DNA from: a virus
Length of the DNA: 64,000 bases
Virus record (IMG/VR): IMGVR_UViG_3300036945_000814
Location: 32,001 to 96,000 of that record
Strand: one strand, 5' to 3'
Shown here: piece after piece, positions 45,325-54,849 of the stretch
Layout: each line of letters begins with the position of its first letter
Position numbering within the stretch: position 1 is the first letter of the stretch
The notes under the pieces: generated by a model
Databases searched by the model: none
What the model was told of the DNA's origin: nothing
What the model saw: only the letters and a program-made list of their open reading frames with translations
Made by a program: the position numbers and the translations under genes

Positions 45325-45359
45325 GCCGCCCGCCGACCTCCCGCTGAAAGGAAAGATCC

Positions 45360-45800
45360 ATGACCATCAATGTCTTCACAGGCCCGCGGTGTCGGTTCAC
45401 CCTGAACGGCACCGTCATCGCCCTCGGGCGATCCGTGCAGGTGCAGGATGAGCTTGTGTACGACGCGATCAAGGTGCTCGACAACCTTGAGGTGCTGGAG
45501 CACGAGCCCATCGACTACAACTGCTCGATGAGCGCGGCCGAAGTGCTCATCGTCGGCAAGACCCTTGAGGCGCTTGGCTTCACGGCGCTCAAGGGGCAGA
45601 CCCCCGCGGACCACCTCCGCAACGTGCTGGCGCTGCCGGACATCACGGCGCAGATCGAGGACAACCAAGGCGACACCATCGTCGCGCGCGTCTTCGGCTG
45701 CAAGATCAGCTCGCGGAGCTTCGCCGTCGACGCCCGCACGAGCGTCGCCCGCGACATTCAGTTTGTCGCCCGGCGCGTGGTTGAAGCGTCCGAGCTGTAG
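45360..45800 (+). CDS. Tail tube protein
   Basis: Follows sheath; 146 aa; VFTGPR...IKVLDNLEVLEH pattern. Confidence 0.85.
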   Translation: MTINVFTGPRCRFTLNGTVIALGRSVQVQDELVYDAIKVLDNLEVLEHEPIDYNCSMSAAEVLIVGKTLEALGFTALKGQTPADHLRNVLALPDITAQIEDNQGDTIVARVFGCKISSRSFAVDARTSVARDIQFVARRVVEASEL

Positions 45801-45860
45801 AAGCCGCGCCTTCCTTTTCAGTCTCTTGCGTGATACCTCCGACAGCGGAGGCATCACCCA

Positions 45861-46325
45861 ATGGCGAAGCAGAACGAAGCCCCGAGCACCCCGATCCTCG
45901 GAATGCCGGACCCCGAGCGCGCGCTCAAAGAGATCACGAGCGCCGACATCGTCGAGGCAAGCGCCTCGACGCCCTCGCCGATGGCGTCCGAAGAATACGC
46001 CTTCACCATCGATCACACCGACGGCGCCGGCGTGCGTCGCAAGGGCGAGTTCAAGAACCGCATCCTGACGATCGAGCAGCGGCTCAACATTTCCCTCCTG
46101 CAAGCCAAGCTCACGCGCAACACGCCGTGGGAAGCCTTGGATCCCGAGGGGCAGTACCTCACCACCGTCGTCGCGCACCTCACGTCGTCGCTCATCGAAA
46201 AGCCGGCATGGTTCAAGGTGAGCGAAATGCGCAACGTCGCCCTGCTCAACCTCGTCTATGCGGAGGTGGCGCGGCACGAGAGCTACTTTCGTGGCGAGCG
46301 CCCGATTGAAGGCGCTGGCGCGTAG
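45861..46325 (+). CDS. Tail assembly chaperone (G-like)
   Basis: Between tube and TMP; GEFKNRILT...KPAWF...SYFR. Confidence 0.8.
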   Translation: MAKQNEAPSTPILGMPDPERALKEITSADIVEASASTPSPMASEEYAFTIDHTDGAGVRRKGEFKNRILTIEQRLNISLLQAKLTRNTPWEALDPEGQYLTTVVAHLTSSLIEKPAWFKVSEMRNVALLNLVYAEVARHESYFRGERPIEGAGA

Positions 46326-46695
46326 CGAGGCCGTCAACGTCGTCGACCTTCTGCGCGAGTGGTGGACGACGACGCTTGGCCGCCCTGACGACGACCGTCC
46401 GTTTCTCAAGCAGCCGCCGGGCACTGTGCTGCTCCGGTTCTATCGGCACGCGGCCAACGACCTCCGCCAGCTCAAGCAAAAGAGCGGCAAGGACTTCGCC
46501 GAGCTGCGCGAAATGGATCGCCTTGAGGCCATGCTCGACCCGACCGAGGTGACCGAGACGTTCGTGCAGCGCCTTGAGGCCGCTTGGCGCGGTACGCTCA
46601 CCACCAGCGGCGACAAGATTTGGGACGGCTGGCTTGAGGCCGTGCGGCTCGGCGAGATCCCCGCCGCGTGGTACGGGCCGGTGCAGAAGGGCTGA
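46288..46695 (+). CDS. Tail assembly chaperone extension (T-like), probably reached by +1 frameshift
   Basis: Overlapping +1 frame ORF with no good own RBS/start; TTT_CGT at 46287-46292. Confidence 0.65.
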   Translation, partial: FVASARLKALARSEAVNVVDLLREWWTTTLGRPDDDRPFLKQPPGTVLLRFYRHAANDLRQLKQKSGKDFAELREMDRLEAMLDPTEVTETFVQRLEAAWRGTLTTSGDKIWDGWLEAVRLGEIPAAWYGPVQKG

Positions 46696-46700
46696 GAGCG

Positions 46701-49022
46701 ATGACGACGAACAAGGTCGAAACGACAATCGCCTACAAGCTCGATGCCCGCGGCCTTCGGGACGCGAAGCGCGAGCTTGAAAAGTCGTTCAAGCCCGACA
46801 GCATCACCGCCCTCAACAGCGCCCTCAAAGATGCCCGCACGCGGGTGAAGGATCTGAGCGCCGAGTACGCGAACGCGGCGAAGCAGACCGGGGCGATGGC
46901 GGAGTTTCCGAAGACGCTCCGCGAGGGCCTGCGCACGGCGCGCGAGGAGGTCCGGCGGCTGACCGACGACCTCGGCAAGCAGCTCGGCGCCGAGCAAAAG
47001 CTGCACGACCTCCGGGTGAAGTCGGCGATGCTCGCCAAGGTCACGCGCGCGCGGGAACAGCTCGCCGCCGCGGTGGCCGACGGCAAGTTCAAGAAGGGCG
47101 GCGCCGGCGTCGGCCGCATGACCGACAGCGAGGCCCTGCACGCCGCGTCGGCGATGAACCGGGGCACCGCTTTCCGACAGGGCATCTACCAAGGGCTCGG
47201 CGGCCCGATCTCGCAGTTCATGCAGCGCCGGGACGGCGCGACGACGGCCGAGCAGCGCGCGGAAATGCGCTCGCAGTTCACCGGGCAGATGATCGGCGGC
47301 GCGGTATCCACCATCGGCCGCGGGACGATGCAGGCCGGCCGCACGGCCCTCAACATGGGCTCGGCGATGGCCGGCGGCGCTGGCCCGATGAGCACCGTGC
47401 TCGGGAGCATCCCCTTTCTCGGCGGCGCGGCGGCGCTGGCCGAAGGCGCCGTCGGCTCTTTCGTCGACCGCCAGCGGGCCAACCTCGGTGCCCTCCCGTT
47501 CATGGGCGGGGCCATCGCCGAAAGCCAAGCTCGGGGCAATGCAGCCCGCGCAGCGGTCATGCGTAGCGGCGCCGCCGGGGATGCCGGCGTCACCGCCGGC
47601 GGCCGCGATGCCTTCCTCAACAACATGGTCGGCGCAGGCACGGGCGCTCGAAACCGCGCCGCGGCCATGCAGGAGGCCGTTGCGGGCGTCTATGGCAAGC
47701 GCCCGGATGCCGACTACGACGTTTTCAACGACATCCGGGCAGGCAAGGTCGGCGTCTCCCAGATTCCCGGCCTGAGCCCCGGCGAGCGCGCCGAGATCGC
47801 CAACGCCGCCCGGACCCGCATCGCCGACAAGGGCGTGGCCGCCCTCTCCGGGCAGAGCGCCGACCGGGCCGGGCAAGTCGCGCTCGAAGAACACCGCAAG
47901 GCCACAGTGAAGCGCGCCGACGAGGCATACGCCGAAGCCGCGGGCGATCCCTTTGCCGGCGCCAAGGCCGCGGTCCACGGGCTCATGACAGGAACCGAGG
48001 CGATCCAAGCAAGCACGGCGTTCACGCGGAAAGTCGGGGGCGGCGTCAACGACGATCAGTTCGCCCAAGCCTTCGCCGGCGAAACCCTGTCAGGTGTCGA
48101 TCAAGGCACGAGCGCGGCCTTGTTCAAGGCGCAGCGCGCTGGCCGCGGTGGCACATCGAAGAACGAGCGGGACATGCTCGCCAAGGCCATCGGCGCGGCG
48201 ACGGCGCAGGGCCTCGAAGGGTCCGAGATCGGCGAGTTTCTGGACGTCATCGCCAGCGCACAGGCGGAGTCTTCGCAGAAGGGCCTTTCCCTCGACACCG
48301 ACGCGCTCGGCGACATGGCCGTCGCGCTTTCGCGCGCAGGGCTCGCAGGGCCGCAGGCCGGGCGGGTCATGGCGGGCGTGTCGAGCTTCGCCGAGGACCA
48401 GCTCACGAGCGGCGTGAAGGGTCCGCTCGGCATCGCGCTCATGCGCTCGCAGGGCTTCGATCCAAGCAAAGGCAACTTCCTCGAAACGCGCGCCAAGCTC
48501 GCAGGGGGCATGGACGCCGGCGGCTTGTTCGACTTCCTCAAGCAGATCGCTCCGGGTGAAGGATCCGAGCTGCAAAGAGGGTTCAACATGGAATCCGCGC
48601 TGCGCTCGGGAGGCATCAACCTCGGCCAGCAGGGCGGCGTTTCACTGGCGAACATGGTGAGCGGCGGCAAAGACGCCTTCATGGCTTCCATCGGCGACCG
48701 CAAGGGCACGGCCGACGAGCTGCTTGCCTCAATGGCGATGAAGGATTCTGCGGGCAACGCGACCACGCTCGGGCAGATGACCGGAGGCATCCGGGGGCAG
48801 AACGCCGTGCAGGATGCGCTCGTCGGCGCCGGCGGCGCTGCCGCAGGCAATGTGCAGGCGCTTCAACAGCAGGCGGCGAGCTTGGCGTCGACGCTGGCAA
48901 CCAAGCTCGACGTTCCCCTGTCCGCGGTGACAAACGGCGTCATCACGATGTCGAAGAACATCGAGCGGATTCTAGGTTGGATCGACGCAGTCGCGGCCAC
49001 AGGAAAGAGCGGGATGCCATGA
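46701..49022 (+). CDS. Tape measure protein (773 aa)
   Basis: Long Ala/Gly-rich helical ORF after the chaperones; start MTTNKV. Confidence 0.85.
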   Translation: MTTNKVETTIAYKLDARGLRDAKRELEKSFKPDSITALNSALKDARTRVKDLSAEYANAAKQTGAMAEFPKTLREGLRTAREEVRRLTDDLGKQLGAEQKLHDLRVKSAMLAKVTRAREQLAAAVADGKFKKGGAGVGRMTDSEALHAASAMNRGTAFRQGIYQGLGGPISQFMQRRDGATTAEQRAEMRSQFTGQMIGGAVSTIGRGTMQAGRTALNMGSAMAGGAGPMSTVLGSIPFLGGAAALAEGAVGSFVDRQRANLGALPFMGGAIAESQARGNAARAAVMRSGAAGDAGVTAGGRDAFLNNMVGAGTGARNRAAAMQEAVAGVYGKRPDADYDVFNDIRAGKVGVSQIPGLSPGERAEIANAARTRIADKGVAALSGQSADRAGQVALEEHRKATVKRADEAYAEAAGDPFAGAKAAVHGLMTGTEAIQASTAFTRKVGGGVNDDQFAQAFAGETLSGVDQGTSAALFKAQRAGRGGTSKNERDMLAKAIGAATAQGLEGSEIGEFLDVIASAQAESSQKGLSLDTDALGDMAVALSRAGLAGPQAGRVMAGVSSFAEDQLTSGVKGPLGIALMRSQGFDPSKGNFLETRAKLAGGMDAGGLFDFLKQIAPGEGSELQRGFNMESALRSGGINLGQQGGVSLANMVSGGKDAFMASIGDRKGTADELLASMAMKDSAGNATTLGQMTGGIRGQNAVQDALVGAGGAAAGNVQALQQQAASLASTLATKLDVPLSAVTNGVITMSKNIERILGWIDAVAATGKSGMP

Positions 49023-50563
49023 CGCGAACCCCGATCACGCCAGCCCCTCGCTACCTCTCGTTCACGACGAGGTGCTTCGCGCGCGTCTACAGGCACGACG
49101 GCGAGCCGCTTGACCTCAAGGCCCACATCGAACACGGCAAGGTCGAAGGCGCGCCGACCATCATCGCCTGCACGACCAGCAAGACGCTCGCAGCGGCGAG
49201 CGGGACGTTCTCGCTCACCCTCCGCCTGCCGCACGACTACCCCATCCGCGACGAGATCCGCAACGCGGATTGGATCTCGATCTGGTGGCAGCGTGGCGAC
49301 CAGACCTTCCACGGGATGCTCGGGAACATCGACGGCGTGCGCCGCTCACGCGGCGTCTCGGAGGGAGCGACCACCGAAGATTGGATCGTGAACGGTCGCG
49401 ACGTCGGCAAGGTGTTCGAGACGGCCGAAGTCTGGTTCAACGAGTACGCGAAGTTCGAGACGAACGTCGGCGGCCAGATTTTCGGCGGCCGCCTCAACTA
49501 CATCCCCGGCGGCTCCCCTGACCGCGTCGTCGAGAATCTGATCTCCGCCTTCATCGGCGGAGACGGCAACGTCGGGGGCGCGTGGCGCTGGCCGCAGGGC
49601 TTGCGCGGCCGCTTCGGCACCTTCGTCGCCGACGGGCTCAAGCTCCGCATCCTCGGGACAAAGGAGCGGCGCGCGACCACGATCACCATCGGCGACTCGT
49701 TCGTGCTGGCAGGCGGCGCCGGCCTTCTCCGCGGCGAAATGATCGATCAGGTGAGCCTCTTTCAGCCCGAGGTCGGCACCAAGCTGCACGACATGGTCAC
49801 GCAATGGTCGAACCCGGTCCTCAACGAGCTGTACTACGACCTCTACACCGAGGACGACGCGGAGAGCCCGCCCGACCGACCGAAGCCGATGGTGTTCTTG
49901 CGCGAGCGCCCTTTCGTCAACAGCATCCAAGGCATCGACTCGCCGTGGTTCAAGATCCCCACCGTGCGCGTCGACCGGAGCGAATGCGGACCCGACGACC
50001 TTGGATCGAGCGACCAAGAGCGGGTCAACATGATCATGCTCTACGCGCGCTCGTCACAGAACACGCAGGCCGAGCAGTTTGCGGCCTACCCGCCAGCGAT
50101 CGACCAGCTCGACGCTCAAGTCGCAGGGCTCCGGCGGTGGGAGCGCACGATCGACTTCGCTGGCATCGGATCGACGGGCACGGGCGTCTCGTGGGGCGAG
50201 GAGATCAAGACGTGGGAAACGCTCTTGCAGTCGTGGTACGGGCTCAACCATGAGTGGTTGAATGGATCGGTCAACTTCAACTTCATTCTCGCCGAAGCGC
50301 GGATCGGATATCGCCTCATCATGCAAGGCAAGGCCGACGAGGACACAACGCAGGCGTACATCGAGGGCGTCTCGACGTCGTGGCGGTACCCGAGCGGCGG
50401 CACGACGTCGCTTTCGCTCACGCGCGGTTTCATCGGCTCCGACGCCGAGCTTGTGCGCGCTGTGAAGGCGAAGCAGGAACGCTTCGCCCGCCCTGTGCTC
50501 GTGGGCACGGGCGACTTTGTCGGGCCGTCGGCCGGGCCGGGCGCGCCGGAGGTCACGGTATGA
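49019..50563 (+). CDS. Baseplate hub protein
   Basis: ATGA coupling; TTSKTL..ASGTFSLTL, GRDVGK, NELYYD, AYIEGVSTSW...TSLSLTRG. Confidence 0.8.
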   Translation: MTRTPITPAPRYLSFTTRCFARVYRHDGEPLDLKAHIEHGKVEGAPTIIACTTSKTLAAASGTFSLTLRLPHDYPIRDEIRNADWISIWWQRGDQTFHGMLGNIDGVRRSRGVSEGATTEDWIVNGRDVGKVFETAEVWFNEYAKFETNVGGQIFGGRLNYIPGGSPDRVVENLISAFIGGDGNVGGAWRWPQGLRGRFGTFVADGLKLRILGTKERRATTITIGDSFVLAGGAGLLRGEMIDQVSLFQPEVGTKLHDMVTQWSNPVLNELYYDLYTEDDAESPPDRPKPMVFLRERPFVNSIQGIDSPWFKIPTVRVDRSECGPDDLGSSDQERVNMIMLYARSSQNTQAEQFAAYPPAIDQLDAQVAGLRRWERTIDFAGIGSTGTGVSWGEEIKTWETLLQSWYGLNHEWLNGSVNFNFILAEARIGYRLIMQGKADEDTTQAYIEGVSTSWRYPSGGTTSLSLTRGFIGSDAELVRAVKAKQERFARPVLVGTGDFVGPSAGPGAPEVTV

Positions 50564-51612
50564 AGGCGACGCAAGTCGGGCTCGGCAACCCGAAGTCGTT
50601 TTCGACTCCCGTGGTTCGCGGCGTCGTCGTCGCCGTCTATTTCTCCGACGGACAGCAAGAGCGCGTCGAAGCAGTCAGGCAGCAAGATCCAAAGTTCTAC
50701 GGGATGAAAAGCGTCGCGGTGGACGTGCTCACCTACGGCGGCCGCTTTCGTTCGTACTTGCAGAAGGTCGTCGTCGTCCCCCGGCGGCACGCGCTCAACG
50801 ACTACGACGGGCTTTGGATCCCGCGGGCCGCGACCATCGACTTGAGCACGGGCGACGCGCCGATCTACGACAACAAGGACGGCACGCCGTCGGACCCGCG
50901 CGACCTCGACGGTGACCACGTCCTCGTCGAGTTTCTGGAGAACGATCCAAGGCAGCCGTTCATCCGCGACGAGCTGCCCCACCCGCGAACCAACTACACG
51001 CAGGTCAAAGCCGCCGGCGACGCCGTCGAAAGCCGATTCCGCGGCGTCGTCACGCGCATCGACACCGACGGCAACGTCACGCTCGACACGACGAAGGCCA
51101 ACAGCGGCGCCGTGAATGCACAAGGCGCTGAAACGTCCGCCCTCGACGCGACGCACGGCAAGGTCACTGTGCGGATGGGCCGCCTCGCCACGTTCACGCT
51201 CATCGGCCTCGACGACGCCGGCGGCGCCGAGACGTTCAAGGTCGACATCGACCCGGCGGCCAAGAAGTTTCGCATCCGCCTCGACGCCGGCGCCGCCCTC
51301 GACCTCACCGACAAGGACGGCAACACCGTCACGCTGCTCGGGAACGCCACCGTCAAGGCCGTGCGTGAGGATCTGCTCAACACGCTGTGGGGGCAGCTCA
51401 AGGTCTACCTCGACGCCCACGTCCATCCCGAGGCGGCGCTCCGGGCCGCCTTGGGCGTGGCCGGCGTTGACCCGACCTTGGTCGGCCTCGCACCGCTGGC
51501 CGCCGCCGGGCTCGTCACCGCGAGCGCGAGCCCGCCAACCCCGCCGGCCGCTCCTGCGCCAGCGTGGGATCCCGCCATCGGCTCGAACAAGCTCAAGTTC
51601 CCCGCGGGATGA
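50560..51612 (+). CDS. Baseplate central spike (gpV/gp5 OB-fold-like)
   Basis: GGAGG RBS and ATGA coupling; GDHVLVEFL...PFI OB-fold; beta repeats; apex HVH. Confidence 0.8.
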   Translation: MKATQVGLGNPKSFSTPVVRGVVVAVYFSDGQQERVEAVRQQDPKFYGMKSVAVDVLTYGGRFRSYLQKVVVVPRRHALNDYDGLWIPRAATIDLSTGDAPIYDNKDGTPSDPRDLDGDHVLVEFLENDPRQPFIRDELPHPRTNYTQVKAAGDAVESRFRGVVTRIDTDGNVTLDTTKANSGAVNAQGAETSALDATHGKVTVRMGRLATFTLIGLDDAGGAETFKVDIDPAAKKFRIRLDAGAALDLTDKDGNTVTLLGNATVKAVREDLLNTLWGQLKVYLDAHVHPEAALRAALGVAGVDPTLVGLAPLAAAGLVTASASPPTPPAAPAPAWDPAIGSNKLKFPAG

Positions 51613-51647
51613 GGGCAGCGTAGGCTCGGGGCAGAAGGAGGTAGCGC

Positions 51648-53438
51648 ATGGGGCTCTTTGAGCAACTTCGGGAGGACGTGCGGGCCTCGGACGCGGCCGC
51701 GGTGCTGGCGGGCAAGGTGCCCCGCCTCGGCCCCGACGATCGCTACACGCAGCCCGGCAGCTACGCCTTCACCCTGCACACCGGCGAGGGCGAGACGGTC
51801 TTTCCGCTCGTCCTCAACCCAATGAACCTCCGCAAGACGCACCCGTTCGCTGTCGAGCTGACGCCGACGCAGGAAAGCGGCGTCATGGCCGAAGAGAACG
51901 GCGTGCTCATTTCCGAGCTGACGATCTCCGGCCACACCGGCGTGCGACCCAAGGAAAGCAAGCTCGACGGCGCGCCGCCCATCGCCCTCTCAGGGCAAGC
52001 GCATTTTCTGTGGCTGCAAGACGCTTGCTTTCTCGAATACTCGCGCCTGAAAAAAGATCCAAAGACTGCCGCGAAGACGTGGATGTCGTTCCACAACTTC
52101 AAGGATTCAGAGCATTGGGTTTGCGTCCCGCGAAGCCTCACCTTGGATCGCAATCAGGGCAAAAACTTCTACTACAACTACACGATCGCCGTCTCGCTCA
52201 TCGAGCAGATCGAGAACCAAAGCAAGGCGCCCTCCGAGGACAACGAGCTTTTCTCGGCGATGAAAGACGCGATCCGAAACATCGCCCTCGCCGTCGCCAC
52301 CATCCAAGGTGTCGTCACAGACATCGAGAAGATCGAGTCGGTGATCAGCGGGACCGTGACGGGCGTGCTCGCCAACGTCACGGCCATGCTCGGCTTCGTC
52401 AATGCGTTCGTCACGGGGCAGTCGACGTTCATCCGCTTCCCGCAACGCGCCATGCTCACCCTCGCGACCGACATCGACACGATCATGCAGCTCGCAGATC
52501 CGAACAAGGTTCTGTCGCTGCCTTACGACTACGTCTCGGCGTTCCTCGAAATGCAGGACGGGATCCTGCGGCTGGCCGCCTACCCCGAGAAGTTTTCCGA
52601 AGACTTCACCTCGGCAGGCGAGCGCCTTCGGCAACTGACGCTCGGCCCCGCAGCCTTCGACGCCGCAGACCTCGACGCCGCGGCCGCCAGCTCCATCACG
52701 CAGGCGACGCAGCTTGAGGACAGCGGGCTTCGCCCCGGTGACCGTGCGCGAGTCGATGCCGGCCTTTTCACCCTGCCTGTGACCTTCCCTCGCTACCTCG
52801 GCTTCCGCGAGATCAGCGTGGCCCACGGTGACAGCCTGCCGTCGATTGCAGCGCGTGAGCTGGGCGACGCCCGCCGGTGGCTCGACCTCGCCGTCGCGAA
52901 CGCGCTCAAGGCGCCCTATATCTCCGACGAGGGCCTGCCGTTCACGCTCCGCCCCGGAGCGCCCATCCTCATCCCCACAACCGAGGCCAACCAAGCCGCG
53001 GACACCGTGCGGACAGCCGGCGACCCCGAGGACGGCGCCTCGCAGCTCGACGCCCTCTTCGGCTCCGACTTCGCCCTCGCGCCGCAGGTGGACGGCACCT
53101 ACGACTTCGTCGTCGACCCCGGCACGTTGACGGATCTCGTCGTTGTGAGCGGCGTCTCGAACATCGAGCAGGCGATCAACACGATCTTGTCGACGGACAG
53201 GGGCAGCTACTTGCTGCACCTCAACGTCGGGATCGCACGCATCATCGGACGGCCCGGCACCGTCGAGCGCGTCATCGAGGCCCGAGCCCGCGTCATCGAG
53301 GCCGTGCAACGGGATCCGCGCGTCGCCAAGGTCAAGAACGCAAGTTTCAAGCTGGCGGGCGATGCGCTTGAGATTGGCCTCGAAGTCGACACCGTCGACT
53401 CAAGCCCGATCCGAGTCATCGGCCGCGTGATCAGCTAG
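51648..53438 (+). CDS. Tube-initiator-like + LysM + gp25-like baseplate fusion
   Basis: N-terminal LVLNP...LTISGHTG...YNYTI; LysM VAHGDSLPSIAARELGDARRW...LRPGAPILIP; gp25-like VSGVSNIEQAI...DPRV. Confidence 0.8.
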   Translation: MGLFEQLREDVRASDAAAVLAGKVPRLGPDDRYTQPGSYAFTLHTGEGETVFPLVLNPMNLRKTHPFAVELTPTQESGVMAEENGVLISELTISGHTGVRPKESKLDGAPPIALSGQAHFLWLQDACFLEYSRLKKDPKTAAKTWMSFHNFKDSEHWVCVPRSLTLDRNQGKNFYYNYTIAVSLIEQIENQSKAPSEDNELFSAMKDAIRNIALAVATIQGVVTDIEKIESVISGTVTGVLANVTAMLGFVNAFVTGQSTFIRFPQRAMLTLATDIDTIMQLADPNKVLSLPYDYVSAFLEMQDGILRLAAYPEKFSEDFTSAGERLRQLTLGPAAFDAADLDAAAASSITQATQLEDSGLRPGDRARVDAGLFTLPVTFPRYLGFREISVAHGDSLPSIAARELGDARRWLDLAVANALKAPYISDEGLPFTLRPGAPILIPTTEANQAADTVRTAGDPEDGASQLDALFGSDFALAPQVDGTYDFVVDPGTLTDLVVVSGVSNIEQAINTILSTDRGSYLLHLNVGIARIIGRPGTVERVIEARARVIEAVQRDPRVAKVKNASFKLAGDALEIGLEVDTVDSSPIRVIGRVIS

Positions 53439-53448
53439 AGGATCCAAC

Positions 53449-54849
53449 ATGGCGAAGTTCATCCCGAAGACCTACGAGCAGATTTTGCAGCGCGAGATTG
53501 ATCGCGCCGTCGCGCGATCCACCCTCTCGGATCTCACCGAGACGAGCGCGCTCAAGGCCGTGCTCGCCGCGACGGCGCGCGAGGTCGCCGACGCCTACTT
53601 CCAGATGAAGAACCTGATCGATCTGTTTTCGATCGACCGGGCCGCCGGCGCCGACCTCGACGAGCGCGCCAAGGACTACAACCCCGCCGTCATTTCCCGC
53701 ATCTTGGCGACCGTGGCGGTGGGCAACCTCGTCTTCACACGCGCCATCGCCGGCCCGATCGTCGTTCCCGCGGGCACGCGCGTCGAGGTGCCGGGATCCA
53801 ACCCCGCCATCGTCGCCGTGACGCAAGCCCCGGTGAACATCGTGTCGGGCACCACGAGCGGCAACGTGTCGAGCACGATGGAGCTGGCGGGCCTCCGGGG
53901 CAACGTGGCGGCCGCCACGCTCACCAAGTTCAAGGGCCTCCGACCGTCCGGCGTGGACGCTGTGACGAACCCCGCAGGCTTCGTGGGCGGCGCCGACAAG
54001 GAAACCGACGACAGCTTCCGCGCGCGCATCAAGGCGTTCGTCTCGACCCTGTCGCGCTGCACGCCGCAGGCCCTTGAGGTCGCGGCGAAGCTCGTGCAGA
54101 TGCCCTCCGGCCAGCGCATCGTCTTCGCCAAGACCGTCGAAGACCCGATCAAGCTCGGGCTCGTCTACCTGTTTGTCGACGACGGCACGGGCGCCGCTCA
54201 AACGACCGACAGCGGCACGGGTGAAGTGCTCACCGTCGGCGTGGAGTACCCCGGCGACGTCGCTCAAGGCGGCGAGCAGTACCTCTACACCGACAACTTC
54301 CCGATCCTCGAAAGCGCCACGATCAACGTCGTGCGCCTCGCCGGCCCGACCACGCTCACCCGCGACGATCCCGGCCCCGACGGCTACCGCCTCAACCCGG
54401 CGTCGGGGCAGATTTACCTCAACACGCCGCTCGTTGCCGGGCAGAGCGTGACGATCGACTACACATGGATCACGGGCATCGTGAAAGAAGTGCAGAAGGT
54501 CATCGACGGCGACGTGCTGGACCCGGTCAACTATCCCGGCTGGCGCGCCGCGGGCGTGCTCGTGGTGACGCGCGTGCCGACCGTGCTGTCGGTCGTCATC
54601 GTCGCGAACATCACCGTGCTCGACGGCTACAGCCAAGCCACCGTCGGCGCCAACGTCGAAACCGAGCTGGCGGCCTACGTCAACAGCCTCGGGATCGGCA
54701 ACGACGTCGTCTTCGCCGAAATGGTGCAGCGCGCGATGGGCGTTGAAGGCATGTACGACATCGCCATCACGGCACCTCTGAGCAACATCGTCGTTCTCGA
54801 CGATCAGCTTCCGCGCACCAACACCGTCACCGACATCACGATCACATGA
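53449..54849 (+). CDS. Baseplate J-like wedge protein
   Basis: AAGADLDERA, VPAGTRV, GGADKETDDSFRARI, RAAGV, YVNSLGIGNDV. Confidence 0.92.
   Translation: MAKFIPKTYEQILQREIDRAVARSTLSDLTETSALKAVLAATAREVADAYFQMKNLIDLFSIDRAAGADLDERAKDYNPAVISRILATVAVGNLVFTRAIAGPIVVPAGTRVEVPGSNPAIVAVTQAPVNIVSGTTSGNVSSTMELAGLRGNVAAATLTKFKGLRPSGVDAVTNPAGFVGGADKETDDSFRARIKAFVSTLSRCTPQALEVAAKLVQMPSGQRIVFAKTVEDPIKLGLVYLFVDDGTGAAQTTDSGTGEVLTVGVEYPGDVAQGGEQYLYTDNFPILESATINVVRLAGPTTLTRDDPGPDGYRLNPASGQIYLNTPLVAGQSVTIDYTWITGIVKEVQKVIDGDVLDPVNYPGWRAAGVLVVTRVPTVLSVVIVANITVLDGYSQATVGANVETELAAYVNSLGIGNDVVFAEMVQRAMGVEGMYDIAITAPLSNIVVLDDQLPRTNTVTDITIT

Noticed and set aside
46701-49022. K-[SAG] motifs in the tape measure (LEKS, LFKA, LAKA) as cleavage sites
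   Set aside because: Low density and no link to domain boundaries or GHKY tags; treated as background for the motif.
34829-50559. Upstream-extended starts in the ORF track (34829, 36772, 38023, 40709, 42997, 46668, 48977, 50254)
   Set aside because: The extensions overlap upstream genes and lack an RBS; internal starts with SD or stop-start coupling were used instead.
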